Of a stretch of 64,000 bases of DNA, positions 41,548-59,398 are shown piece after piece. The position numbers were made by a program, and so were the translations under genes. Source of the stretch: Neocallimastix sp. 'constans' (taxonomy: Eukaryota); contig JBODTK010000010.1 in assembly GCA_050613775.1 (NCBI GenBank), positions 186,001 to 250,000 on the forward strand, given 5' to 3'. How positions within the stretch are numbered: the stretch's first letter is position 1; each line of letters begins with the position of its first letter. The notes under the pieces were generated by a model. That model worked only from the letters and a program-made list of their open reading frames with translations, did no database searches and was not told the origin of the DNA.

Positions 41548-43982
41548 TTAATCTGGAAGTAAAGCTACAACATCATCATCGAAGTCTATATCATCAGCTT
41601 TATTCTACCATTTAAATAATAATAAATTATAAATAAAATTATATATATGTTAAAATAAACATTTATTAAAATAATATTAAAATTAAAAAATTTTATATAT
41701 ATAATTTTTTTTTAATTTTTATTCACCTGAATAGGATTTATGAATGGTTTTTGTGATAATGCATCTAATTATATAAAATTAAAAGAATGTTAATAGTATA
41801 AATATAATATTCAATTAATAATATTTATTTTTCTATATTTAAAAATAATTATCTTACCTGTATTGTTTTCGATGTTAATATTGCTATTTAATGTATTCAA
41901 TTTATTATTTGATTTATTCATTGAATCAATTAAATCACCCGTACTACTTAAATTGCTTATACTATTATTATTATTATTATTATTATTATTTGAGATTGCT
42001 TTTAATTTTGACAATTTATTTACATACTCCTGAACTTCTTTCATTCCTAAATCTGTACTTATTCTTACTAAAAATCTTAAACCTATTTATTTATTTATTT
42101 TTTTTTATATTTAAAAAAAAAAGAAGAAAAACAATATAAATTGAAAATTGTTAGAAATCATAATAACTTTATGATTTTTGATTAGAGTTTCGCTTACATT
42201 CGACGTTATCTGGGAATTGTTCATGTATCTTTTTATATTTTTCATAAGCATGTTGATAATTTCCACTTCTTCTATAACAACTAGCTATCATTAATTGCCA
42301 CTTAATTTCTTTAGGTTGAATTGTTGATGCACATTCAAAGTATAAAATTGCCTGTTCGTATACTTGACAATCAACATAATATGCTCCAAGCCATGCAATA
42401 ACCGGTATTATACATGGGAAATATCTATAAGACTTTATAAAGTAAAATAAAGTTAAATGATTTTATTATTAATACTTTGTTAAAATACTTCGCTAAAAAA
42501 TAATACTAAATATTTTCATTTTTTATACTTACTTCTGAATAATGTTGGAATGCTTGTGTCTTATCTCCTTTTTTCATTGCTAATGAACCAAATTTAGCTA
42601 AAACTCCTGGATCTGTTGGAATAACAGATATTAAGATATTATACCATTCCATTGATTGTTGTAAATTATTTAATCTTTCATAACTAAATATTATAATTAT
42701 ATAGAAAAAAATATATTAAAATATTGATTTAATATATAAAACTATGTAAATAGTAAATTTATATATTTTATTGTTATATTTTATTTAATAATTACCAATC
42801 AGCGATATGATATATAACTTCTGAGTTATTACGAAGAATGGCATGCAATTTTTCAAACCATTGTAGCGATTCGTTAATATTATCCATCTTTTTACATATT
42901 AAACCAATATTATAAATAGCTTCAGCACATACAGCATCCACATTTATAGCTTCCTGATAGTATTCTTTTGCTTTGTCATATTCACCTCTTTGAGCAAGAC
43001 AATTACCTTTATTGGTTAAAGCTTTTGCATTATATCTATCATTATTGATTGCGATATCAGCATATTTTTCAGCTTGTTTATAGTCACCTTCTAAGAAATA
43101 TAAGAATGATAAATTTGTTGCTGCTGTACCAAACATACCTTTATCTTTATTTTCAAATGATTTTAAAGTTTCTATAGCCTATAAATAATTTAAATTTAAA
43201 TTAAAAAAATATTTTATATATTTTAAAAAAAATGATTAAATTAATATAAATAAAATTTAAAAAAATTTTTATATATTTTATTATTTATAAAAATAAATAA
43301 AATATACCAAATCGAATTTTTTCGATTTTAAATATTGAATAGCTTTGGAAATTTCTAATTCATTAGCAATCTCTGAATTTGGTGAGCTTTTAATTGTTTC
43401 AACAACCCAATCATAACCAAGAGAAAATGATTCCTCAATTACAGGTGCTATTAATTTAGCAGCGAGATTTATATATTTGTGTGCAATTTGTTTTCTAAAT
43501 TAAATTTATATATAAAGATATTATATAATTATATAACAGAGAAACATTGTATTATATATATAAATTATTTTTCCCAAAAAAAAAAAAAAAATAAAATATA
43601 AATATAAATTAAAATATAGTAATATATATTATATATAATATTTACTTTTCTCTGGCTAATGCTCTTAAATTATCTTCATTAAAAACTTCATGATCTTCGA
43701 TTGATTCATCTTTTGATAATGAACCTAATTCATCATTTTGTTCTATACAATTTGGTTGAATAAATACTAATTGTTGGAAACCTTTTTTCATTTTTTCACT
43801 GTTACCAAGTGCAAAATAACATAAAACAAGATTAAAACCTTAATTAATAGAAGATTAATTTTTTTTAAATAATTTAATATTTTTTATTAATAATTAAAAT
43901 TTAAAATTAAAATTTTTATAATAATTTATTATAATTTTTAATATATATTATTTTTATTTATTTTTTTTTTATTTATTTGTAA

Positions 43983-44018
<36 letters not shown>

Positions 44019-44198
44019 TTTAATTATTCATTATTTATAATAATCAAATTGAAATATAGTATTAAAATTATTTTTTTTTTTTAAAATACCTGTTTGGAAA
44101 TCAGGAATAGTTTCCATAACTGTTTCATATGAAGTGATTGCATCTTGAAATTGGGCCATTTTAACACAAGCATTACCAATATTTCTCATTATTCTTAA

Positions 44199-44249
<51 letters not shown>

Positions 44250-45479
44250 TACCAATTATCAGTTATTAATTATTATTGTTATCATAAATTATTATAGCAT
44301 AAATATTATATATTATATGTCAGTGAATTCAAGATATATATAAAAAAGATTTTTTTGTAAAATACTTTATTTACCTTATTTCTTTATTTGCATTTGATAT
44401 TTGATCTAAAGCCATTCTATACATTTTTACAGCCTGAGGGTATTTTTTTTGCTCAAAGTAAATATTTCCCATATTAACTCGAAGTCTTCCTGCTTGATTA
44501 AACATTTTATTTTTAACAATTATGGTATAGGTATTTAAGGCTTCATGATACATTTTATTTGCATGATAACAATTAGCCAATGTAAAAAGTGCACAATAAG
44601 TCAAATCTAAATTAAGTTGATCACCAAATCCCATTTGTTCTTTCTGTTTAGCTAATAATCTTTCTTTTTTAGCTGCATCTTTAGCTTTCTCTAAAGCTAA
44701 CTGAATATTTGGATTTGGTCCTGATAAATGTAATGTACTTTCTTCAACTATTTGATTTATTTTTTTCTCTAATGTTTTTATCTGTTCTTCAGGTGTTGGA
44801 GATGGAGGTTTTTCATTTGAACTTGATATATAACCTATTTAAATATATATATAAATATAATTAAAACTTTAATATTTCAATAAAAATAACTAAACAAACA
44901 TATTATTATGTTGTGAATATTAATAACTATATAAAAATGTTTATATTTGTTTTTAATATTTTTAATGAAATTTTTTTATTTGAAAAGAATAACTTTTTAT
45001 AAATTATATAAATAAAAATTTAGTATTCACATAAATATACATATAAGTAATATATATATATTTCAATATTTTTTTTTTTTTAATTTATGTCTTTCTTTAA
45101 CTATACCTGCTTGATTAAATGGATCAAAACCCCCGTGTGATGTCGAAATATTTCCTTTTCCCTGTCGTGAGAAACCAGCAGCACGTACAGATGTCATTGG
45201 TCTTGCAGAGTTAGTACCACCACCCATTGCTGTACTAATTCTGTTTCGGTTACTTGTTGAAGGAATAATTGATTCTTGGCTTACATTTACACCAAGTCCA
45301 ACACCACCTACTCCTCCAATACCTCCAACGTGATTCTCAATTCCTGAATTTTTATAACTTGATGTATAACTATTTGATCCTCTTGAATTAAATGAATAAA
45401 GATCATCATCAATTGATGAGTTATACATATTATTAATGCTTCCTTTGCTTTCTGCTAAAGGAATATTATTTGATGACAT
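41548..45479 (-). CDS. IFT88: Intraflagellar transport protein 88 (TPR protein), multi-exon
   Basis: Motifs ARPMTSVRAAGF, LNLDLTYCALFTLA, KNKMFNQAGRLRVNMGNIYF..AVKMYRMALDQI, AATNLSFLYFLEGD..DRYNAKALTNKGN and KWQLMIASCYRRSGNYQ. Ends DDDVVALLPD*. Confidence 0.95.
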
Positions 45480-46499
45480 TGTCTTTATTGTATATTAATA
45501 TTATGATTATATTTTATTATCATATATATTTAACAAGTCATATATTTATTATATTTTTATAAATTATTGTTTATATTAAATTATTTTTAAAACCTCGATT
45601 TGACTTATTTCTATATTCAATATCAAAAATATTATAAAACAAAACAAAACAGAAAAAAAAAAATTATATAAATATTAAGTAATAAATTATTATATTTCCA
45701 TGTAATTATTATTATTAAAAATTATATAATATATCTTTTATTATTACAGAATATATATTTCTTCTATTTAATTTTTTAATGTTACTTAAGTTATTTCTTT
45801 TTACTTTTAATATTTTCTTTTTTTGCTTATTTCTTCAATTTTTCATTTTTTTTTGATGAAAAGTAAAAGCTTTTAAATTTTTAAAGTTTTTCATTATAAT
45901 ATATGATTTAAAGTTTTTTTTGTTTTGATTTTTTAATTTTTACTTCATTGTTATTTGTAATAATAAAACAAACTAAAATAATTTATTAGTTAATAAGCTT
46001 TTATAATATAAATAATACATATCCATAAAATAAGATTTTATTTTGTTACGATGAAAATATTAAAATTGGTGTAGAAAATTATTTTCGGTTTAAAGTTGAT
46101 TTTAAAGATATTAAGGTCGAAAAAAAAAATTTAAATGAATAAATATTTTATATATGTTATTTAATATTCATAATATATAAAATAGAAAAAGAATAAAAAA
46201 AAACAGTTATAAATGTAAATAAAGTAAAAATCTCTATACATTTTGATATCTGATATGCTTATAATATGAATAAAATTTTAATTATTTTAATTATTTTTTT
46301 CTAATTTCTGTAATATTATTTAGTAATTTTAAATATTTATTAATAAATTACTTCAAAAATTCTTGCTGCAATTGTTTTAGTATTTGTACAACTATCTTTC
46401 ATTATAAATTATTTATAAATAAATTTTTAATTATATAAATACTTTTATCAATATTAAAACTAGTAACAACAAAATTTCCATTTACCTTAATAATTTTAC

Positions 46500-47285
46500 T
46501 ATTATTATTTATTATTTATTATTTTATTATTTTTTTTATTTATTCACTATTTATTATTTATTATTTATTATTATTTTATTATTTATTATTATTAAATTAT
46601 TTATTATTTATTTATTCAATTATTCAATTATTCAATTATTCAATTATTCAATTATTTATTATTATTTATTATTTTATTATTTATTATTATTAAATTATTT
46701 ATTATTTATTTATTCAATTATTCAATTATTCAATTATTTATTATTTATTATTATTCATTTATTCAATTATTTATTATTTATTATTATTCATTTATTCAAT
46801 TATTTATTTATTATTATTATTTATTATTATTTTATTATTTATTATTATTAAATTATTTATTATTTATTTATTCAATTATTCAATTATTCAATTATTTATT
46901 ATTTATTTATTCAATTATTCAATTATTCAATTATTTATTATTTATTATTATTCATTTATTCAATTATTTATTTATTTATTATTATTTATTATTTATTATT
47001 ATTCAATTATTAATTATTTATTATTATTTATTGTTTTTATTATCAATTATTCAATTATTTATTAATAAATACTCTTATTATTATTATTATTTATTTATTA
47101 TTTATTATATATTATATATTATTTATTATATACTATATATTATTTATTATTTATTTATTATTTATTACTGTTACTTATATACTTATTACTTATTTATTAA
47201 TTATTATTTATTATTATTTATTATCTCATTTATTATTTATTGTTTATTATTTATTAATTTATATTTATTAATAATTAATAATTAA
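46500..47285. repeat. Low-complexity (TTAT)/(TTCAATTA)n array
   Basis: Degenerate repeats, almost G-free on the plus strand. Confidence 0.85.
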
Positions 47286-47843
47286 TAATTTTTACTTATT
47301 AATTATTGGTTAATTTATAGATGGATTACTAGTTTTAATATAAAAATTTTTATCCTTTTTTTATCCTCGGTGAAGAAATCCTATTGAAAACTATTCCTAT
47401 TATTAATAAACCTTATAAAAAAAAATTAATAAAATAAAATATATATACAAAATTTAATTTATATATAGGAATAATAAAATTTTACAGTAACTAAAAATGT
47501 GTAGTTTTAGGTATTTACTAATTAATTATGGCGTATTTATCAATTTGATTATATCTATTAATTTAAAAATATTAATACAAATAAATTTATAAAAATAGTA
47601 AAAAATTAATAAATAAATAAATCATTTGTGGCTCAAAAAAAAAAAAAAAAAAAAAAAAAGATAAAATTTTATTTATTTATTTACTTTTAGATTTATTTAA
47701 ATATTAAAAGTTTTATTAAATAGAAATTTAAAGTTAGAAATTGATTTTTATTGTTTTAATAATCGAAAAATAAAATATCATTTAAATAGTTTTGAAAATA
47801 ATAATTTTTTTTTTTTATTATAAATAAAAGCAAATAAAGAAAT

Positions 47844-48410
47844 ATGGAAAAAGTTTCAGAAAGTGAAATGGTAATTTAAAATTTAATAATCATAATATTA
47901 AATTCAAATTATTTGATAATTAATTAAAATTATGCAAATTTATTTTATATATTATTTTTATTTATATAGCAAAGAAGAAGAGATATATGGATAAATACAC
48001 CATTAACAAAATTAATAAATCCAGATGATTTATTATCTGATAATTGTAATTATATAATAAGTTAATTAATTATATAGATTTAAGTTGAATTGAAAAGATA
48101 ATATAATAAAATTATTATCTATATTATATATTATTTTTATATACATATTTTTATTTTTTTTAAAAAAAAAAAAAAATAAAAAATAAAAAAATAATACATA
48201 TGTAGTTGTTTATATTAAACCTTCAAAGAAACATAATGATATTACAATTCGCGAATCAATTAATAGTGACATTTCAAATGTAAGTGATTAATTAGATTTC
48301 ATTTTTGAAATCTACATTTCTAAAAATTTAGTTTTATAATTTAATATATGCATTTTTACTTTTATTTTTATTTTTATTTTAATTTTAATTTTAATTTTAA
48401 TTTTGATTAC

Positions 48411-48498
<88 letters not shown>

Positions 48499-48522
48499 AA
48501 AATAACTTGTTTAAAATTTTAA

Positions 48523-48559
<37 letters not shown>

Positions 48560-48929
48560 TTGAAACATTATATATATATATAATTAAAGAAAATCAATAA
48601 TAGGAAAAGAATAAAATTAAATTAAATATAAATAAATTTATTTTTTAAATTTATGAAATGGTATATAGATTTTATTTTACATAATATTTTTTTCTTTTTA
48701 TATTTCAATCCTTAATTTTTTTTTTTTATTTAATATTTATTTTTTTAATAAATTTATAATAAAGAATATTAAATTAATTATCTATATTTAAAAATATTCA
48801 ATATAAAATTAATAGAAAAATTCTATAAAGGAAGCTCTTGAACTTGAAACCGATAAATCTATTTTGAATACTACAACAACTCAAAATCAAAGAGTAATTC
48901 TTAATTTGGATGACGACCTTCCATTTTAA
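47844..48929 (+). CDS. Small 4-exon protein (~91-96 aa) ending NLDDDLPF
   Basis: Exons 47844-47870, 47970-48045, 48206-48279 and 48816 (or 48831)-48929, with GT-AG junctions and compatible phases. Translation: MEKVSESEMQRRRDIWINTPLTKLINPDDLLSDNFVYIKPSKKHNDITIRESINSDISN(KNSIK)EALELETDKSILNTTTTQNQRVILNLDDDLPF*. Confidence 0.65.
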
Positions 48930-49066
48930 ATTAAGAATATATATTCAAAATTTGAATATATTATTACTACATATAACATAAATTATATATATTATATTAA
49001 AAGATAATTAAAAATTATATATATAAGAAAAGAAAAATATAATGAAATGTTTTAATAACAAAACAA

Positions 49067-49099
<33 letters not shown>

Positions 49100-49430
49100 G
49101 AAGATAAATTTAATTTAATAATTAAATAATTAATAAAAACAATAATAAAATAAATTATTAAATAAGTCAAAGCATATAAAAATTATTAATTTAAATAAAA
49201 AATTATATATATATATTATAGTATATTCACATAATAAAATTATTTTATAACTGTTATAATAATAAAAATAATATACAACATCATACAGATTATAACGTAA
49301 TATATAATTATGTTTTAAAAATATATTTTTTTCGTATATTAAGTTTTTGACCTTATATTAAAAATCTATTAAAAAATATCAGTATATATATTTTATATCT
49401 CAAATATTATTACATAATATATTTATTATA

Positions 49431-50521
49431 TTATGTATTATTTTTTTTTAAGGTTTTGTATATATATGAAGGTATAGGATTAGCATGAATAATGGTTTTT
49501 TTACGTTGTTCTTTTATCCACTGCTTTTCACATAACTTTAATCAAATTTGTTATTATTATTATTGCAAATGAAATTGTATATAATTTTTTTTTAATAAAT
49601 AATTAATAATGATTTATATTTAAAATTTTTTTTAAATAATGAAAATTTAGCATTATTATAATTATTATTTTATAAATTAAATCATTATATTATGGTTATT
49701 ATTTTTATTTTACCTTTTTATATTCTTCTTGTTGTTTTTTGATTTTTTCAATTTCTTTTGCTTTTTCTTTTAAATGATTTTCATATTTGATCCATTTTTT
49801 AGCTCTTATGTCGGTTTCAAAGTTTATTTCTTTAAATTCTGTTAAAGGTTTATTAGATTTTGAGATAATAAATGGAATTTTAAATAAACTTATCGGAGGT
49901 TTTGCAACAAATTTTCTTAGTTTATCTTCTTCTTTCTGCTTTCTTATAATATTATTTTGAAAATCTTCTTGATATTGAATACCTCTTTTTTCTGTAATTA
50001 AATTAAATGGAATAGGCTGCACTAGTGGAATAGGGTTTAAAATAGATTTTGATCTTCTATTTTTTTCCTAATAATTATATATTTATTATATTATTATAAT
50101 TTGTCAAAGTTTAAATTCATGAACTATATTATATGAATAGTTCTGCCAAAAATTACATTTTTATTAGGTATAGGATGTGCGATAAAATGTCGTAAACGTT
50201 CAGATTCTTCTTTTTCTTTTTGCATTTTTTCTTTAAATTCAAGTATTTTCTTCTTGGAAATGTCATCACCAGGTAAGTGAAAAGGAATTAAGGATGAGGA
50301 TATTAATGTTTGGTTATTATGAGAAGATATTCGTTTAAGTATTTTTTTATCATGATATATACATGAATTAAAGGAAAAGCAATTTTTATCTGATATTTTG
50401 TCCAAACACTCTTTAGAACTTTGTATAGAATATTTTGATTGTTTTTTAGTTAAATTTGGTGAATGCGGTATGGTTAATAATTTTTTTCCATATTCTGGAA
50501 TTCCAAAAGTTTTATGGAATA

Positions 50522-50566
<45 letters not shown>

Positions 50567-51699
50567 GAAAAAAAAAAAAATACTTTGTTAATACTAATTT
50601 TATATCATGATAGAATTTATTTAATTATAAAGATTGCTAATTTTAATATCATATATTTTACTTTATTGTTTAAAGGTAGAGCATGGAATTTTGGTTGTTT
50701 TTTGAAATCTTCAAGTTCTTGCTCTTCATGACCTTTATACCTATTTTATATATTTTTTTTATAAATTTAAACAAAATAAGGTATACGCATTAATTAAAAT
50801 TTGAATAAAATATATTAAAAAAAGCTATATAGTATATATTTTTATATACATTGAAGGTCTTGTTCTAAATTTTGTTAACAATTTCGGAGAACAAGGAATA
50901 GTTATTCTTCTTTTGTTTTTTGGATAAGATTTATATATTACTGAGATCTTATATATTATAAACAAACAAATAAATAAAAAAAATTATTGAATATTAAAGA
51001 TTAAAAAAAATAGAAAAATATATATATATAAAATATATATATATATATTATAAATTAATTCAATTATTACACTGTTTTTTTTTTTCCATAAATTCTTCGA
51101 TAATTTTTTATCATATAAAATTTTCTGATATTTGTTTATAAATGAGTGTCCTTCATTTAAATTATTATTTTGAATTAAAAAATCTGTATTATTTATTTTT
51201 TTTCTAATGTGAGTAATATTTGAAGGCTATTGGTAAATTTATATATTATTAATTTAAAATATTGATAAAATAATAAAAATAAATATATATATAATATTAC
51301 TCTTATAATTTTTATTATAATTTTCATTCTTTAAAATTATTATTGCAAAAATTATAAATAAGAATTCTATATTGAATATTGAAAATATCTTAAATATATA
51401 AAAATTTATTTACCTTCGATATATTTTTTTTAGTTTTTATACTTAAAGGATTATTTTTAATTTCTTTTAAAAGAAAGTTTCCTTTACTATTAAAATATAA
51501 ATTTGATTTATTTAAATCCTCAATTTTTTTTTTTTCTTCTAAGATATTGTTTCTTAAATCACTATTAACAATTAATGTGAGTATTTAAAACAATTATATA
51601 AAAATAATTAATTAGATACTACTCATTATTTTCAAAAAATATATTATTTATTACATCATAACGGTAATTATTTAAATTGGTCTTATAATTCAAAAACAT
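49431..51699 (-). CDS. TPX2-like microtubule-associated protein, multi-exon
   Basis: Repeated FHALPL/FIAHPIP/FVAKPP motifs, PFNLITEKRG, KPLTEFKEINFETDIRA and C-terminal EQRKKTIIHANPIP. The 5' exons and start are tentative. Confidence 0.6.
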
Positions 51700-52019
51700 A
51701 ATAAATTTCAAGTAAAATTAATTTTGTATATTAATTATTTTTTTTTTAAAAAAGAAATTATAATAAAATTTAATTAAGAAAATAAATTTTTTGCAATTAA
51801 TAAAATATAGGCTTTGGTAGGGCCTATATAATTACATAAAGTTTCTATTTGAATTATTTGGTGGTACATCCATATTTTATATAAAGTAAATAAATAAATA
51901 AACAGATAAATAAATAAATAATTTTATAAAATATAAATTAAATATGAAAACTTTAAAATTTACATGTTTAACTGAATAATTTATTTTTAAAATCTTTATA
52001 ATAAATTAATAAAAAAAAA

Positions 52020-52050
<31 letters not shown>

Positions 52051-52058
52051 TAAATACA

Positions 52059-52089
<31 letters not shown>

Positions 52090-52282
52090 GAAATAGAGTT
52101 TTAATAAAAATAAAATTTAATAAGATAAATAGTGAAGTAGTATTAATGAAAATAAAATAAAATAAAATAAAATTTTACAGAATTAAAATGAAAAATAGGA
52201 TTTTGAATATCAAATATACTATTTAAAATATCAATTCTTATCATAAAAAATTTTATTTTATTATCATTTTATTATTATTTAC

Positions 52283-52325
<43 letters not shown>

Positions 52326-52544
52326 TTGCTTCGTTCGTTTTTTTTTTTTTTTTTTTTGCTTTATTTTGTTAAACTTATTTATTTAGATATTTATTAATTA
52401 ATTAATTAAATTTTAATTTTAAATAAATAATTTTTTCTTTTAATTTTATTTCAAATTTTATTAATATTAGATTTTTTTTTTGATAATAAAATAAAATTTT
52501 TTAGAAATCTCGAAAATATTATAATTAGTTTTTAAAATAAAATT

Positions 52545-52576
<32 letters not shown>

Positions 52577-52735
52577 ATATAATCATATAATAGTTAATTT
52601 TTATTTTATTTTAATGTTTATTATTTTTTTATTTAATTTTTTTTTTTCAATTATAATTATTTTTGTTTATTAATTATTCTTTAAATAATTATTTTAATAT
52701 TTTTGCTATTGCATATGTTTATTAGTTATATTTTT

Positions 52736-52768
<33 letters not shown>

Positions 52769-52851
52769 ATTTCTTGATATCTTGAAATAAATATTAGATT
52801 AATGATTTATTAGATTGCTAATTCAATTTCATTAAAGCATGAATTAATAAT

Positions 52852-55361
<2,510 letters not shown>

Positions 55362-56376
55362 TGTGTATATAACTATTAAATTTAAATAATTATATTTTAA
55401 AATATACAATAGATAAATAATTAATATATGACTTTATTTTAAAATTTTAACAATTGAATTGTTCCTATTGCCATTGGATTTATTATTTTTATATTATATG
55501 TTGATTAAATTATATATGAAACAATTATTTGATTTTTTAATTTTTACAAAAGTGATTAGCATATCATTAATAATTTTATTACCTCTTTTATTTTATAAAT
55601 ATTTTAACTTTTTTTTTTTTTTTTTTTTGTTAATTTAGTTATTTTTTATTTTTCTTTTATTGCTTTTATTTTTCTTGAATTATTTTATAATTTAATAATT
55701 TCAAAAATAAAAAATTGAGAATAATAAAAATATAATAAAAATTTAAATTTAAAATTAACAATTAAATAATTAATAATTTAATTATTAAAAATAATAATTT
55801 AAATAATATTAAAAAATAAAAACAAAACCAAAAAAATATATATATATATATTTATTATAAATTAAATATTAATAATATATAAATATATATATTAAGAATT
55901 TTAATATTTTTTTAATTTTTCAACATTTTTACATATATTTATTTATATTAACATATATATATGTATTAAAAGAGAAAAACGCATGAGTTTCACATTATTT
56001 CAATAATAAAATAGTATATAAATTTGATCTTTATTTTACTATTGATATTGATATATTTTATTGCAACATGATTGGCAATTTTTAATATTTTTTTAATAAA
56101 TATTTTAAATTATTATTATTTATATTTATATATTTATTAAGAAAAAAAAAAATTTTTAATAAAATATTTTAAAACTCATAAATAATTTATTATCATAATT
56201 CCTTGTATGACTATGATATATATATATATATTTTTTGTTGTTAAATCTAAAATAAAGAAACTTATTGTTAATACGCACTTTTATGTTTATAAAATAATAT
56301 AAAATTCTATATTCAAAAATTTATTTAATTAATTTAAAAGAAATAAAATAGTTCTTTAAATTCATATGGTATAAAA

Positions 56377-56622
56377 ATGAAATTAGATTTCAAGGTAAAA
56401 TTTCTTTTAAAAAAATAAAGAACAATATTATATATAAAATTGAAAATTAAACTCAATTATTTAAATATAAATTATATATATGTTGATATAAATATTTCCT
56501 CAATTTCAAATTATTATAATAAAAAAAATTTATTAAAAATTTATTTTCGTTTTATCATTAAGGAAATATTTTTAAATATATATATGTTATGTATTTTTAT
56601 ATGTTAATTAGGTGTTCTTTAA

Positions 56623-56660
<38 letters not shown>

Positions 56661-58200
56661 TATTGTGAAAGTATTTATTTGATAAATGAAAAATTACCAA
56701 AAAGTTAATAAATTATTAATCTTTATATTATATTAATTTTCATAATATAAGGTTTTCAAATTTGTAAATTTGTGTGGTACATTTTATAAGCAAGGTATTT
56801 TAGTTTTTACCACAAATGGTAATTCAATACTAAGTCTCGTGGAAATAGAATTTTAGTCTTTGATCTTGTCAAGTAATTTCATTTTTTCGTTTTTATTCTA
56901 AATTAGAAGAAATTTCAAATTCAGATTTCCTAAATTATGATTTAATATTACACTTTATTACTAAATATGTAGCAGTATATCACTTACTTTACCATTTGAA
57001 AATCTTAAAAATATTTCAAGAATTGCATTGTCACCAAATGGAATTTTATTATTATCAATTTATGAATGTATACATAAATATTTTAAAATAATTTATTCAC
57101 TTTTATATATATATATATATATAATTATTATTAATATTTAATGATTTATTCAGTTATATTTAAATAACCTCAATAAAATAAATTATAATAAAGATAGCAA
57201 TTCTCTGCAATTTTGAAAGAAGAATCATACTTCATCGTTTCAATTTCAAGAAGAAGGTATTAGATCTTAAATTCAGTCCTAATGGTCAATACATTGCAGT
57301 AACACATGGAAATCAAGTTCAAGTATGAAAAACACCAACATATGAAAGAGAATTTGCTCCATTTGAACTATTTATACTTGGTCACCAGATTCCCAATATT
57401 TCCTTACCACGTCGAAAGATATGAATGCAAAAATGTATTCATTGCATTCATTAGAAGATTTTGTTCCAATTACTTTAAGTGGTCATCGTAATATAGTAAT
57501 TTCAGCATTCTTCTCTAATGACCAAGAAACTGTATACACTGTCAGTAAAGATGGCACTATATTTGTTTGGAAGGATCCTGATTCAGAAAAGATGCAAAAT
57601 GATGATGATTTACCAGAGAATATGCAACAAGCTTTAAAAAGAACTCGCATTGATATAGAATCAAATACTCGTAAACGTAAATATCGTCGTTGGTGGGTTA
57701 CTCAACGTGAATATTTCAATCAAATTAAAGTTCAGTGTGCTAATTTCCATATACAAAATAATTTATTAGTTGTTGGTTTCACAAGCGGTATATTTGGTCT
57801 TTATAAACTCCCTGATTTCAAAAATATTCATACTTTAAGGTAACTTTCGTACATTCACTTTACCTTCATCAGTTCAATTTAATTGTTTAGCTGTTAATCC
57901 TAGTGGTGAAATTGTATGTGATGGTTCATTAGATACATTTGAAATTTATGTTTGGTCCATCCAAACTGGAAAATTATTAAATATTTTAAGTGATCATAAG
58001 GGACCTGTCAATTTTCTAGCTTTCAATAGTACTGGAAATATGCTGGTTTCAGGTTCATGGGATAAACTGTTCGAACTTGGGATGATTTTGATAGAGGAAG
58101 ATTTACTGAAATATTTAATCATAATTCTGATGTTATATCTAATGGCCAAGAAATTTGTGCCACTATATTAGTGGCCAAATACAATGGATCATAGAATTTA
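56377..58200 (+). pseudogene. PWP2: PWP2/UTP1 WD40 pseudogene
   Basis: MKLDFK-FSNLCGT.YKQG..FDLVN, LPFENLKNISRIALSPNG, LSGHRN.., LLVVGFTSGIFGLY and LVSGSWDK. Lesions: 8-bp duplication at 56758-56773, frameshift near 56840, TGA at 57326-57328, and internal and 3' deletions. Introns are retained. Confidence 0.85.
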
Positions 58201-58627
58201 GTTATAAACTTTTTAAAGAAAGAAAATAAATTATTATGTAACCAATCTTAATTTTTTTTTTCTCTTCTATTCATTTTTCGTTATCTTACTACTATTATTG
58301 TTAATTTAATAAATATTATTTATTATTACTTATTATATTTTAATTATAAAAATAATTATATATAATAAATAAAATAAAAACGTGGCATAATAATTTTTAT
58401 AATAATTTTTCTATAATTAATTTTATCCTCTATCTATATATATATATTTATTTATTTATTTATTGAAATATTAAAAAAATTATTTAAATAAATCAAAAAA
58501 ACATATAATATAATATTTTCTATTTAATAATGTTTTAATGTTTTTAATAAAAAAGGAAAATACATGTATATATTTTTTTATTTTTTAAATAGTTTATTAT
58601 ATGATATAATTTATAATCGAAAACTAA

Positions 58628-58668
<41 letters not shown>

Positions 58669-58774
58669 AAAAAAAATAAAATAAAAGAATAATAATTAAT
58701 AATAATAATTAACAAATTATTAACAATAAATTAATGATGTATGTTTTAATTTTTAATATATATATATATTTACA

Positions 58775-59398
58775 TTAATGTCAATTTAAATTTCATAATT
58801 TTTTCTTCATTAATACAAAATTTATTTTTTCAGTTTTTTATAACTTCTGGATTTGATTGATTTTACTTTTTTCTATTATATATAAATAGATAATAAATAA
58901 TTATAATTATTTAATTATTTATGTATTATATATTATTATTTATTAATTAATCAACTAACTTTTTACATTATAAAATGCCATAATTTGAATACTTTCAGGC
59001 ATTCATATAACATGACTTTTAATTATCATTGATAATATGATAATTATAAATTGAATATATACAAATATTAAACAATTTTAAATTTTATTAATAAAGTTAA
59101 TTATGTATACTTCCTATTAACACAATTTCAGTAATGTTAACTACATTATGGCCAGTAAGAATATGTTTTTCTCCAAACATTAATGATCCATTGTCAAAGA
59201 GACGTCTTAGTACCTTACAAAAAGTACCTTTAAAAAATAAAATTTAAATTAAATCAATAATATTCATTATATATATATATATAGTTTATTATCTTATTAA
59301 CATTAGTACTTCAATATATTAATAAAAATATAATTATTGCCTAAATCTTATCTGATTGATAAAAATTTTTAAATATTTATATAAACGTTGACAACCCT
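58775..59398 (-). pseudogene. Degraded CDK-like protein kinase remnant
   Basis: GCQRLYKYLKIFINQIRF/GTFCKV..KHILTGHNVV resembles the GC..YE..xIGEGTFGxV..TG..VA start of Bur1/CDK9-11-type kinases. Downstream exon-like pieces contain stops. Confidence 0.4.

Noticed and set aside
41548..45479. Functional linkage of IFT88 with the receptor cluster (ciliary sensing locus)
   Set aside because: Only proximity supports it; IFT88 sits among unrelated housekeeping genes.
57421..57843. 140-aa ORF as a standalone gene
   Set aside because: It is an internal open stretch of the PWP2 pseudogene.
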